Shown here: positions 49,414 to 62,299 of the stretch, in pieces
Numbering within the stretch: the first letter of the stretch is position 1
How the letters are laid out: each line of letters opens with the position of its first letter
Assembly (NCBI RefSeq): GCF_006345805.1
Contig: NC_043000.1
Location: forward strand, 114,762,001 to 114,826,000
Direction: 5' to 3'
From: Octopus sinensis
Taxonomy: Eukaryota
DNA: 64,000 nt
The notes under the pieces: model-generated
Told to the model about the DNA's origin: nothing
The model's database searches: none
The model's input: the letters and a program-made list of their open reading frames with translations, nothing else
Program-made: the position numbers and the translations under genes

Positions 49414-52243
49414 ATAATGACATTGTTTCTGAAATATGAAATTAACGAATGCAGAATGCAATTGCGTATATTATAACTAATGAAGTATTTTGTGCGGTAT
49501 AAGAGAAATGAGTTAAAAATTGTTTGGTGTGCGTCATGACATTTTGTGTTTTTTATGTGCTCACTCCTACTAACTTTAGAACCTGGCTATGCCTCTCTGA
49601 GAGGTGGGGAAGTTTACAATGAGAAAAGTGTGAAAGACAAAGAACGACAAATAGAGAGGTGGGGGATCTTTTCTGTTGCTCTCATAGATTTCGAAATTTC
49701 AAAACTGAGTGAAAATTCTCAAATTTAGTATAGTTTTTGATGTTGAATGAAAGTAAAATCATTAGATGCTACAATGACAGAGTTTTAAACAATAGAAACA
49801 ATTACATGTCATACTGAAAGCAGTGGGGTGAGTAGCATGTATGACAGATATACATATACAGAGAGTGTGGTAAATATATATATATAGAGAGAGGAAAAAC
49901 ATAAGAGACAGACAGACAGATATGTAAGACTCAGAAGGGTAGATTTATCGGTCTAAAAGTTGAAATATTTCTCATTGAATATTATATTCATTATTCCTAA
50001 TTGCTGAATACCTTCTCATTGGGATACAGATTTCAAAAATCAAATCCGTTTTCCTTGTGGACACACTGTTTCTGATCTTTTATATGATATATACACACAT
50101 ACATACACACATACACTCTTTTATATAGCAGATATAACATCATCACCATTATCATTGTTGTTTAATGTCCACTTTCCATGCTGGCATGGGTTGGATTGTT
50201 TGACTGAGGGCTGGCAAGCCTAGAAGGCTGTACCTGGCTCCAATCTGATCTGGCAAAGTTTCTACAGTTGGATGTCCTTCCTGACATCAACCACTCCAAG
50301 AGTGTAGTGGGTGCTTTTACGTGCCACTGGCATAAAGGCCAGTCAGGCAGTACTGGCATCGACCATACTCAAAAGGTACTTTTTACGTGCCACCTGTACA
50401 GGACCCAATCCAACAGCACTGGCAATGACCACACTCAAATGGTGTTTTTTACGTGCCACTAGCACAAGAGCCAGTCAGGCAACACTGGCATCAATCATGC
50501 TCAAATAGTGCTTTTAATGCGCCACATATTTCAATTGTAGTGGGTTCTTTGGTGTAACACTCAGGCCAATGAACACTCAAGTATGGCAATAGTGACACCA
50601 ACAAGTCTGGCTTCTATCAATCATCTGAAGCATGCTTACATTTATCTCAGAATAATTTACTCCCTAGCTATTTCTATATTTTTTTACATCAATCAGGGTA
50701 CAATAGCTAACATTTTCTTAATAATTCCCCACCTCACAACTTTGGTTGTAACATTTCAAGTCTGTTTCGCTGTTGAGGTTGTAATAAATCTGAAAATTGA
50801 TTTGAGTTGTCTCCCTTGCCATAAGGATCAGAGAAACCTTAGCTAATGATGATAATATTGTTTTCACATCATTTAATATTTCAAATTAGCTGTTGTTTTA
50901 ATATCCTTGCATTTAAACCAGCTATAACCAGCACAAATATTTTACCTGTTTTATGTTCAAATTGGTCAGATCTGGCCTCTCACACTTATCCTCCAACGTC
51001 ATCCTAAACATAAGCTATCACATCATCGAAGTATTGAAGCTACAAGATAATGCCTGATTAATTCAAAACAATACGGGCACCGTCCGAACATGGCAGATGC
51101 CAGCGCCGCCTGACTGGCGTCAGCCAAAATGTTGTGTTAACAACAAAGATGAGGACAAATATCTGTCAAATGTAAATAATGTATAATGACATTGTTATTG
51201 AAACACGAAATTAATGAATGCAGAATGCAATTACATATATTATAACTAATGAAGCATTTTTCGCGGTATAAGAGAAATGAGTTAAAAATTGTTTGGTGTG
51301 CGTCATGAAGTTTTTTTTTGTTTTTATGTGCTTAAGCTGACCCTGAGCAAAAGCAGCCGAGAGGAAGTATGAGATGCAGATGGAGGGTAGGGAGAGGGAA
51401 ATGGTCAGAAACAAAACTAAAAGAGAGGGAGAGACGGAGTGAGAGAGGTAAAAAGAAAGAGAGGGGGAGTGAGGTAGGGTTTTAACTACATATTCTTCTC
51501 TTCATCTGTTATTCATTACTTTTAGAGAAAGGAAGAGAGATTAAAGATGCTGCAACTGCCACCAGAGATGGATGCTGCACTAAACCGATAACACCTACAG
51601 CCACGAGACATACAGACACATGTTAGAGCAATACAACTAGCAGACGGCATATCATATACTCTATTACTCTTTTATTTGTTTCAGTCATATGGCTGTGGCC
51701 ATGCTGGAGCACCACCTTTAGTTGAGTAAATCGACCCCACAGCTTATTTTTTGTAAGCCTAATACTTATTCTATCATTCTCTTTTGCCAAACCACTAAGT
51801 TACGGGGACATTAACACACCAGCATCTGTTGTCAAGCGACATATACACACACACATGCACACATACGACAGGGTTCTTTCAGTTTCCGTCTACCAAATCC
51901 ACTCACAAGGCTTTGGTCGGCCTGAGGCTTTAGTAGAAAACACTTTCCCAAGGTGTCACGCAGTGGGACTGAACCCAGAACCATAGCCACTCCCACGCCT
52001 TTATGATCAACAATACAACAGAACATCAGACTTTTTATTTGTTCACTGATGTTTTATGATATGTCACTAAGGCTGGATTAAGACCCATCAAGGCCCAAAG
52101 CATTTAAAAGATTTTGGTGCCCCCATAAAAGATTATGTAGTTCAAAATATAAACAATAACAAACCATAAAATATATTTTTAGTTTTCAAAACAAAACAAA
52201 ACAGTAAGCAGGAAAATTGTTTATTTTTGTAGAATTCCACTTT

Positions 52244-52732
52244 AGAGTAAAGATTGTTTGCCAACATAACATGGCAGTCCTGGTTTAGGATGACTGTTGC
52301 TGTAATTTAGTTCCTGGAGACATCGTCTCCAGCTGGCTATACAACACGATCTGTGTACTTATATTTTCAAACAAGGGTATCTAGTACCCCCACTCGGCTC
52401 AAAACAATATCTGTGTATTATGATTTCTGGGTTATTTATCTTCATCACCACAGAATAATTGTTTGGCTACAGGTGACGCTGCCAAATTCCCATTCGAAAT
52501 ATATAGTTTTCAAAGTGACAACTAGTCACTGATCTATAAATTAGAAAATCACTATTTTTAAATCTCACAATGAGAGATAATCAGCAACAGTACTTTGGAG
52601 TAAAGATTGTTTGCCAACATAACCCAGAAATCACGATATACAGATATTGTTTTGAGCTGAGTGGGGGTGCTAGATTCCCTTATTTGAAAATATAAGGACC
52701 CAAATCGTGTTGTTTCGCCTGCTGGAGACGAT
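52244..52732. mobile_element. Insert with combined direct and inverted repeats (pLTR-like) and a decayed hammerhead at 52410-52454(-)
   Basis: Direct repeat gagtaaagattgtttgccaacataac at ~52244 and ~52598; inverted arms ~52322-52435 / 52619-52732. Confidence 0.65.
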
Positions 52733-53364
52733 ATATATTTTTGCGTGTATGTGTGTATATACATGCATATATAAAGATAGGTAGATAGATAGATAGACAG
52801 ACAGACAGATAGATAGATTGGTAGATAGGTAGATTGATTGGTAGATAGATAGATGTGAATATACATTTATATATACACACACATATATATGTAATGTATA
52901 CATGTGTGTGTGTATCTGTGTGTGAGTATATATGCATGTATGTATGTAAGTGTATGTGTATATATGTGTGTGTGCGGGTATGTGTTCATATGATTATTAT
53001 ATGGGTGTCCACATGTATATGATGAAACAAGATTAAGGTTCTGTATCCTAGATATAGGGGAGGGTGTAGTTGTATTTACTTTATTGATCCCTGATGGATG
53101 AATCTGGAAATGGTTTGTCGGATGGTGAGTGGGGGGAGCGAAAGGAAAGGTCATAAGGGGAAATAACTGCCATAGCTTTTACAGTATATTATTAGAAATT
53201 AATTAAAACACATCAGGAACAAAATTGACGGGAAGTGGGTATCATGATACTAGAGTGTAGAGAAAAGATAAGAGGATCAAATAATTTTATTGATTCTTAT
53301 ATCCACAACATTGGGTGCATTTGTGATTGCCTTGTATTGGAGCATACAAGGTAAAGAGTGAAAA

Positions 53365-53826
53365 CAGCACTGGATTAGCTATTAAGCAAAATAAGAACAT
53401 GCTTAGGGCATCAAAGGAAGTGGGGGTGGGTATCACAGAAATAGTATATGGTTTACAGCTCAAAAGAAATCGCTTTAAATTTGCTAAAATAATATTCAAA
53501 TTGATTTATATGATCGGAAATATAATTATGAGGCGGTCATCATATCATAGGGAGGATCTGATCAATGACTTTGCAATTAAAAAAAGTTGGAGAAAACTTT
53601 TCCAATATAAATGAAGTGGAAATATGTACAAAAATAAACATTATTTGCCACCTTACTGTTAGTTATCGTTTCATTTTGAAAAATAAAATTTATTTTATGT
53701 TGTATTATTGCTTATTTTTCTAAATTACATATGTATATAGGGGCACCAAAATCAGGGCCAATTTAAGACCCATAGAGCCCCTGAGCACTCAATGCTTGGG
53801 GCTCTATGGGTCTTAAATTGGCCCTG
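53365..53826 (+). mobile_element. Internally deleted hAT element (same family as 20535-22137; another right end at ~52069-52230)
   Basis: Ends cagcactggatt / aattggccctg; the last transposase codons EDLINDFAIKKSWRKLF remain; imperfect 8-bp flanks agtgaaaa / agtgtagg. Confidence 0.75.
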
Positions 53827-55123
53827 AGTGTAGGGCATTGGGTCTCATGTTCCAACTAGCCTATTACTTACTGTTCTTAATAAAAACATAAACAACAACA
53901 TCACCACTATCAGGAACAGCACCAATAACAACATGAATAATTCTGTCAATAACAACAATAATAATGACAACGCCATCACCAACAACAACACTATCAACAA
54001 TACCCATGTGATCAACAGTAGGTCGAGGCAAAAAGGCTAATTAAATGTTAAGTATTTAAGACTTATTAACTCTTTCTTCATACATACATGTACACCCATG
54101 AGTGTATGTATGTACGCATGCATGCATGTATGTATGTATGTATGTATTTTTGTGTGAGTAGGTATACATATATGTATGTACTATGTGTGTATGTATGTAT
54201 GTATTTTTGTGTTAGTAGGTATACAGGTATGTATGCATGCATGTATATATGTATGTGTATTATGTGTGTGTTTGTGTCTATGTTGATGTCGTATAATATA
54301 TATACATATGTGTATGTATCATCATTTAAAGTTCATTTTCTATTGTCGCATGGGTTGGACATATATGTGTGTATGTATGTATGTATGTATGTATATATAT
54401 ATATATACACACACGTATATATATATGAATGTGTGTATATATATATATATATATGACTATACACACAGACAGACCAATAGATAGAAAGATAGATAGATGT
54501 ACTTGCGCACACATGCACACACACACACATGTATCTATGTATCTAACTGTGGTTATGTGTGTGTGTGTATATATGCACATACAAACATATTCAAGTGTGT
54601 GTGTGTGCATGGTAAGTGTGTGGGGGCTATACAAAAATAAAGATTTAACTATATTACACCTAGTGTATACACATGCATACACACACACCCAAGACAACAC
54701 ACATTCACAAGCACTCGTATACACTGCCCCATGCCCCGCCCCACCATCATTCATCTCTCCACACACGTGTTTTTAGTTATGTCGGGTGTGGACTGACAGT
54801 TTATCATTATTAATCCACTTTGATCTTATTGATTCCTCTTCTCCTCTCTACAGATTTATCTCATCTGTGATGTTGTAGTTCTTGTTGGTGATGGTGGTCG
54901 TGGTATTGTTGTTTCAGCATTTGTTGTTGTATGCTTACAAGATGTGCATTTGTGTATGTGTGTGTGCATGAGTATATTGTTTATTGTTTGCGTGTGTATT
55001 TATAAATTTTTGTTAATTGGCTTACTCGTTTACAAGCACTATTGTCATCATCATCATCTTGATGATCTTCATTTTTATCAATATAATGAAATCAATTCAA
55101 CTCATTCAAATATGGTGTGTGTG

Positions 55124-55162
<39 letters not shown>

Positions 55163-55480
55163 ACATGTGTGTGTGTGAGAAAAATTAGTTCAAGTAGAAC
55201 AATTTAAACTTGGGGTGGGGGCAAAAAATTTAGATTTCTAATAAAGAATCTTCATATCAAAATAGTAACATGCTATTGCAAGTATTTAAAATACGGCAAT
55301 AAAAAATATGTGATGAGTATTACAGAATAAAATCCTATATAAACCCAACTAACAGTTCAAAAATGGAGAAGAGAAGATGTTAAAAGTTTTTATAAATTTT
55401 TAATCCAAACTTATATCCTATAATACTCATAACACATTTTTAATTATATATATATGTGTGTTTAATTATATATATATATA

Positions 55481-55908
55481 CGAAGGTGAGTTAAAAAGTA
55501 ATGCCATTTTGTTTAGGACAGGTATAATTACCAACACAGGAACATGTATCATCCATCAAAATGAAGCTGGTCCTCTGTGGATCACATCCCTACTTCTCAA
55601 CATAGTCACCGTTTCTCTCAATAGCAACGTTCCATCTTTGAATGAGAGCGTGTATCCCTGTCTCATAAAATTCTGTTGACTGTTCTTTTTTAGCCACTTC
55701 TTCATTGCAGTTTTCACTTCCTTGTCACTGAAATAATGTTTGCCTTTCAAACCCTCTTTCATGGCACCAAAGAGATGATAGTCTGAAGGCGCTAAGTAGG
55801 GATGTGATCCACAGAGGACCATTTTCATTTTAATGTATGATACATGTTCCTGTGTTGGTAATTATACCTGTCCTAAACAAAATGGCATTACTTTTTGATT
55901 CACCCTCA
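55481..55908 (-). mobile_element. Internally deleted mariner (Tc1/mariner) element
   Basis: ~70-bp TIRs flanked by TA; the interior encodes PYLAPSDYHLFGAMKEGLKGKHYFSDKEVKTAMKKWL (third catalytic D motif). Confidence 0.9.
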
Positions 55909-55912
55909 TATA

Positions 55913-55956
<44 letters not shown>

Positions 55957-56453
55957 CAGATGTATATATATATGTATATTATATATATATGTATATATAT
56001 TATTGTGATTTATTATTTAATACACTCAATGGTTCAATTTCCATTCATATTTTTATTCATTTTTCTATTAAAATTTTTGTTGTCTTGCAACCTTTTCAAT
56101 AGTCATTGACTATATCTGTTATCAGAGCTGCGTTCTTTTTGTTTGTGCAGATGTGTGTGCATTAGTGTGCATGTGTATACACATATGTATGTATGTATGC
56201 ATGTATGTCTGTGTGTGTATGCATGTATGTGTATGCATGTATATGAATGTATATATATATATGTATGCATGTGTGTACATCTGTATGTATGTACATATGT
56301 ATTCTGCATATTTATGCGTTTGTGTGACTATGTACGTGTGTCTCCATATGTGTCTTTGTGTGTGTGTGTGAAGTGTGCATGTGTGTGCTTGTCTATCCAT
56401 ACTACCTATGTATCTATCTATTTGTTTACTTATATATCAATATACCTACACAC

Positions 56454-56486
<33 letters not shown>

Positions 56487-57642
56487 CATGAGTGGAAATC
56501 GAACTGGTGGGTGTGTTAAATGATATGGCACTAAAAAAGAATGACTCTCCCCAGACACAATAAAATATGCTTCAACACACAAATTCACATAAAGAATCTT
56601 GCAAACCAAATGCCAAAATGAAATATATATATATATATATATATTCTTTTATTCTTTTACTTATTTCATTCACTTGACTGTGGCCATACTTAAGCACTGC
56701 CTTTAAGGGTCTTTTAGTTGAAGAAATCAACCCCAGTACTTATTCTTTATAAGCCTAGTACTTATTGTATTCGCTCTCTTTTGCCAAACTGCTAAGTCAC
56801 AGGGACGTAAGTACACCAACATTGGTTGTCAAGCAACGTTTGTGGAGACAACCACAGGCACACAGATACACACATGTAAATATATACATATATACAATAT
56901 ATATATACTGATGGCAGTACTGCCTGACTGACACATAAAAGCACCCACTACACTTTTGGAGTGGTTGGCATTAGAAAGGGCATCCAGCTGTAGAAACCTT
57001 GTCTAATAAGATTGGAGCCTGGTACAGCCTCCTGGCTTGCCAGTTCTCAGTCAATCCATCCAACTCATGACAGCATGGAAAGCGGACATTAAATGACAAG
57101 GACAACAATGATTATATATGTATGTATATATATATATATTATATATATATATATAATATATATATATATAATATAAGCATACATACATATATACATAAGG
57201 AGTATTAATAAGTGATTATCAATCCGGCCAAAATATTTCTCAACCTCTTCGCTAATACAAATACAATCGGCTAACAAACTGTTTTCAGACTAGTATAGAA
57301 CTGCAGGTAATCCTAAAAGCAAGGTCCAAAGTTAAAGTCTATCACCAGCCAATTTTGTAAATTCATGGTTTCATTACCAGGTTAACATGGTATGCTTTCA
57401 CAGTGAGATTCAAGAAAAGGCATAAATAATCAGCTTTACATATTTATTTTGTGTGCATTTTTAATTTACACTTATTTCTAATATGTATTATAGGTGTGTT
57501 CATGACTCTGTTTATTCAATTGGTTTTATAGGTGACTTAAAAAAACTCAACAACCTTAACGAATGCTATTATTATTATTAGAGTCGATGCACAAAATATT
57601 AAATTAGAGGCAAACAAAATAATACAAGCATGTGTGTGTGTG

Positions 57643-57698
<56 letters not shown>

Positions 57699-58292
57699 CA
57701 TACACACTCACAAACACACACACATACATATATATAAGATGTGGGATGAGGTGGTGAAGCATGACCATCAAAAGTTGGGCGTTACAGAGGCAATGACAAA
57801 AGACCAAGATCTCTGGAATATGCTGTGACTGGGAGGACCCAGCAAATAAAGTGAGTTCACTGCTGTAATCTACACCAGTGTCGCATAACCAGCCCACTCA
57901 ATCATTCGATCATAGGGTGACATGCCATGCTTGAGGAGACCTATTGAGTCAAGTACATCAAAACCAAAATCAAATGGAAATTGTAGTTGTGATACCTGTG
58001 TCAGTGGCACATAAAAAGCACCATCCGAATGTGGCTGATGCTAGCACTGCCTTGATTGGCTTCTGTGCTGGTGGCACGTAAAAAGCACCAACCAATCGTG
58101 GTTGTTGCCAGCCCCCTCTGGCCCCTGTGCCGGTAGCACATAAAAAGCACCCAGTACACTCACAGAGTGGTTGGCGTTAGGAAGGACATCCAGCTGTAGA
58201 AACACTGCCAGATCAGACTGGAGCCTGGTGCAACCTCCTGACTTCCTAGACCCCAGTCAAACCGGACGTTAAATGATGATGATGATGATGAT

Positions 58293-58578
58293 AAGATACA
58301 GAAATAATTTATTCTCAAATGCAGGAAAATGCTAATACAATAGCATGAACAGGATAAACCTATCCATACATTGCAGAAAAATTTGTCTGTGATGTGAGTT
58401 TGAGGCACATGGCTGGCTGCTGACAAATAAATTTTTCTGCAATATATGGATAGGTTTATCCTGTTCATGCTATTGTGTTAGCATTATCATGTATTTGAGA
58501 ATAAATTATTTCTGTATCTTTCAATACATCTCAACGCTTCTAAAACAAACTTTGTTTACTTTCATCAGAAGTTGAATA
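58293..58578. mobile_element. Fold-back insert (arms 58293-58384 / 58428-58520) with a decayed hammerhead in the unpaired tail (58527-58574, -)
   Basis: Minus strand: CAACUU-CUGAUGA-AAGUAAAC(aaa)GUUUGUUU-ua-GAAG-CG-UU-GAGAUG. Confidence 0.65.
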
Positions 58579-58583
58579 CATAC

Positions 58584-58661
<78 letters not shown>

Positions 58662-58734
58662 GTAGCGAATATTCTTAGAAATATCACCACCAGTGGCCTA
58701 GCATGTAGTATAAATAGTCAATAGACAACATATT

Positions 58735-58867
58735 CACAGTATAAGATAGTGTACATTTAAACACAAGGGAAATCTACCTTTAACAGGTAATTTTTACATG
58801 CTAGAAGAAGCAGTCAAAACATAGGTAGTTTTCTCTTATGTTTAAATGTACACTATTTTATATTGTG
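58735..58867. repeat. Inverted repeat, 45-bp arms
   Basis: cacagtataagatagtgtacatttaaacac... versus ...tgtttaaatgtacactattttatattgtg. Confidence 0.8.
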
Positions 58868-58905
58868 TGTATACATATATATATGTGCGTGTGTGTGTGT
58901 GTATG

Positions 58906-58937
<32 letters not shown>

Positions 58938-59901
58938 TGTATGTGTGTGTGTGTTTGGGGGTGATAAAAAAATATGTGTTTTCTTCAAACTGCATTTCAT
59001 ATTTCAGAAAATATTTAAACAGTGAGAGCATTTCAAAAGAAAACCAGGCTCAGCAATAAGATACCCTGAGCACTAGAAAATGGAGCCTTTTCACTATAAT
59101 GTATTAACGAATACTATACACTTGTATTGAGTCCTGTAATTTATCTGGTGAATCAACAGATCCTCTAGATCATCATCATCATCATCATTTAGCGTCCGTT
59201 TTCCATGCTAGATGATCAGCTTTTTTCCATGCTGGCATGGGTTGGACACTTTGACAGGAGCTGACAAGGCTAGAGAGCCGCACCAGTCCCCAGTTAGGTT
59301 TTGACATGGTTTCTATGGTTGGATGCCCTTCCTAACACCAACCACTTACAGAGTGCACTGGGAGTTTTTTTACATGGTCCAAGCATGGTCTCTTTTCATG
59401 TGGCACTGGCACAGGTACTCTTATTTGGTGCCAGCATGAATGCTTTCTCATGTGGGACCAGCATGACTGCTTTTTATGTGTTGCTGGCATGGGTGCTTAT
59501 GTATGTATGTCATTACTCTCTTTTACGCTTTTACTTGTTTCAGTCATTTGACTGTGGCCATTCTGGAGCACCACCTTTAGTCGAGCAAATTGACCCCAGG
59601 ACTTATTCTTTGTAAGCTTAGTACTTATTCTATTGGTCTCTTTTGTCGAACCGCTAAGTTACGGGGACTCAAACACACCACCATCGGTTGTCAAGCGATG
59701 TTGGGGGAACAAACACAGACACACAAACATATACACAGACATACATGTATATATACATATATATGACATGCTTCTTTCAGTTTCCGCCTACCAAAGCCAC
59801 TCACAAGGCTTTGGTCGGCCCGAGGCTCTAGCAGAAGACACTTGCCCAGGCTGCCACACAGTGGTTTGCATGATACTTTATATGAGTTCGTGTGTTGAAA
59901 C

Positions 59902-60091
59902 ATATTCTGCTGTGTCTGGGGAGAGTCGTTTTCTTTTTGTGCCTTATAATATAACACACTCACCAGTAAAATTTCCACTTATTTCTTATTTTTATTTTCC
60001 TAAAATGAGAAATAAGGGGAAATCTTACCGGTGAGTGTGTTACATTATAAAGCACAAAAAGAAAATTACTCTCCCCAGACACAGCAGAATA
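59902..60091. repeat. Inverted repeat, ~85-bp arms; family member also at ~56500-56610
   Basis: tattctgctgtgtctggggagagt... versus ...actctccccagacacagcagaata. Confidence 0.85.
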
Positions 60092-60409
60092 AATTAATCT
60101 TGTTAATAATTCAATTTGAATTTGAAAGACAAGAAAGGGTTCTTATTTCTTAGATAAAATCATAATATAATATTTAAATGAATCAAAGAAGCATTTTAAA
60201 AGGAAGAGGGTTATGTATCATAAAACCATAGGCAGTCTCAGCTAGACTATTCATGTAATCAATTACTTGGTTAGTTTAATGAGTTAATTGAAAATCTAAA
60301 ATAGAAATTATAATAATTCTGGTTTTTTTTTCTTAAATGCTCCGAAGCTGGACCTTTCAGTGGAGTCACACTCAGATCAATTTAAACCCAAAGATATTGC
60401 TGGTACTGC

Positions 60410-60700
60410 TGCAGCTGTTACAACTACCACAGCTACCACCACCACAACAACAACCACTGCAACCACCACCACTACGACAACAACCACCGCTGTCACCACC
60501 ACCACCACAACTATCACAACCACTGCAACCACCACCACCACCATTACTACAGCTACTACTACAATGACAACATAAATGATTACAATAACAGCAACAACCA
60601 CTACCACTACTACTACAACTACTACTATTGTTGCTGCTGCTGACACCATTATTACTACTACCACAACACACACACACATACTGCCACCACCACCACCACC
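60410..60700. repeat. Degenerate (ACC/ACA/ACT)n trinucleotide tract
   Basis: Direct inspection. Confidence 0.9.
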
Positions 60701-61352
60701 ACTATGGACATGTGACTGCCCAATTCATTGAGCTATCAATCAGTCTAGTTTCCTGCTGGAGTCTGACAGACAGACAGACAGACAGAGCTGACTTCTCTAT
60801 ATTTCTGAGTTGTCTGAAAAAAAAAAAAACCAACAGCAGCAGCAACAACAACAACAACAACAAGCCGTTGTTCAAACCATGCAATTTTATTGTGTGTCTT
60901 CTCAGAAATGTAGTTAAATAGAATAATAATGGACTTGTCCAACTTGGACAGTGGAGCGTATTTCCTCGTAATCTCTGGTCTATATCTGTTCATCATTCCT
61001 AGTAATTATTTCAAGCCCACACATACACGACTGACCAACTCATTGCGCTGGCCTCACTGTCGCTCATGGTGATTATCTCCAGTATAAGTGGTTGTTTAAA
61101 AGCCGCAATAAAATACCCTGTATTTTATTTCGACTTCTGGTTTTCATTAATAGATTTCGTCACAAATGAGTAATTTCATCTTCTCGTGTTGATTTATTCC
61201 TTAATGAAACACTATTTTCATGAGTTTAGCTCATTTGCTGCTACTACTGTTGCTGTTGTTGGTGTTGGTGTTGTTTAACCCATGTCAGTCTTGATTGGAC
61301 AGATTAAAAGTATTCCAGTAATGATGCTTCGGCAATTTTCAGACATCTAGGA

Positions 61353-61611
61353 CAATGGTTCATGACCAGGGTCCAAACGACTCTTGTAGGTTCATATAAG
61401 ATTTTATTAAAATTCATTTTCAATGAATTGTTCATACTGCTATGATACATAAAATATTTTAATTTTCTATTTTTTAAATTCCTAATAACATTTAATCATG
61501 ATTATACAGTAGGATTTTTTTTATATACATCGAATAGCTATGGAGGAGGTCCAGTAGAATAAAACAGCAATCAAAGGGGGTCGATAGGCAAAAAATGGTT
61601 GGGAGCCACTG
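61353..61611. mobile_element. hAT (Charlie-like) MITE
   Basis: Ends caatggtt.../...ggttgggagccactg; near-TSD atctagga / atctagct; homologous to 19745-20001. Confidence 0.7.
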
Positions 61612-61690
61612 ATCTAGCTTTACATTATCTAATCTTTCATCCCTTGTTTAATTAAGAAGGGTTTGAGAGGAAAGAGATTTACCTAGAAGG

Positions 61691-61832
61691 TTCAGCAAAT
61701 ATGTAAGTCCTTCAGCAACCATGTAAGTCCTTCAGCAACAATGTAAGTCCTTCAGCAACAATGTAAGTCCTTCAACAACCATATAAGTCCTTCAGCAATT
61801 ATGTAAGTCCTTTAGTAACCATATAAGTCCTT
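61691..61832. repeat. 20-bp minisatellite, ~7 copies
   Basis: at(g/a)taagtccttcagcaac(c/a) repeated. Confidence 0.95.
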
Positions 61833-62299
61833 CCTCTTTGGTTTGTAATGACTTTGGTCCATTTTAACTGCATCAGAGTATGAGAAAAATATTTCCAAAA
61901 ATCATGGGTGCTGTGCTGTGCTGTTTGCATCCAACCGATGCTGGTGTGTTTACATCCCTGTAACTTAGCGGTTCGGCAAAAGAGACCGATAGAATAAGTA
62001 CTAGGCTTACAAAGAATAAGTCCTGGGGTTGATTTGCTCGACTAAAGCTGGTTCTCCAGCATGGCCGCAGTCAAATGACTGAAACAAGTAAAAGAGTATA
62101 CAGAATGCTTTTCTGAACTGATTCTGCTTCTTTCACTAATAATGAATATTCATGTAGATGTGCAGTTTGTTCAAGAAATTGTAGACCCTTCATCTGTTCA
62201 TCATACCCAGGGTACAGAGCAGTATTCATTTGCATGTTGACTGTCTCGGGGAAAAAAATGAAACTTTTCATTTTATGAGATATATTCATCAAATTTGGG

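Noticed and set aside
60337-60679. Thr-rich mucin-like, Pro/Gln-rich or Cys/Gly-rich ORFs
   Set aside because: A trinucleotide microsatellite open in several frames on both strands
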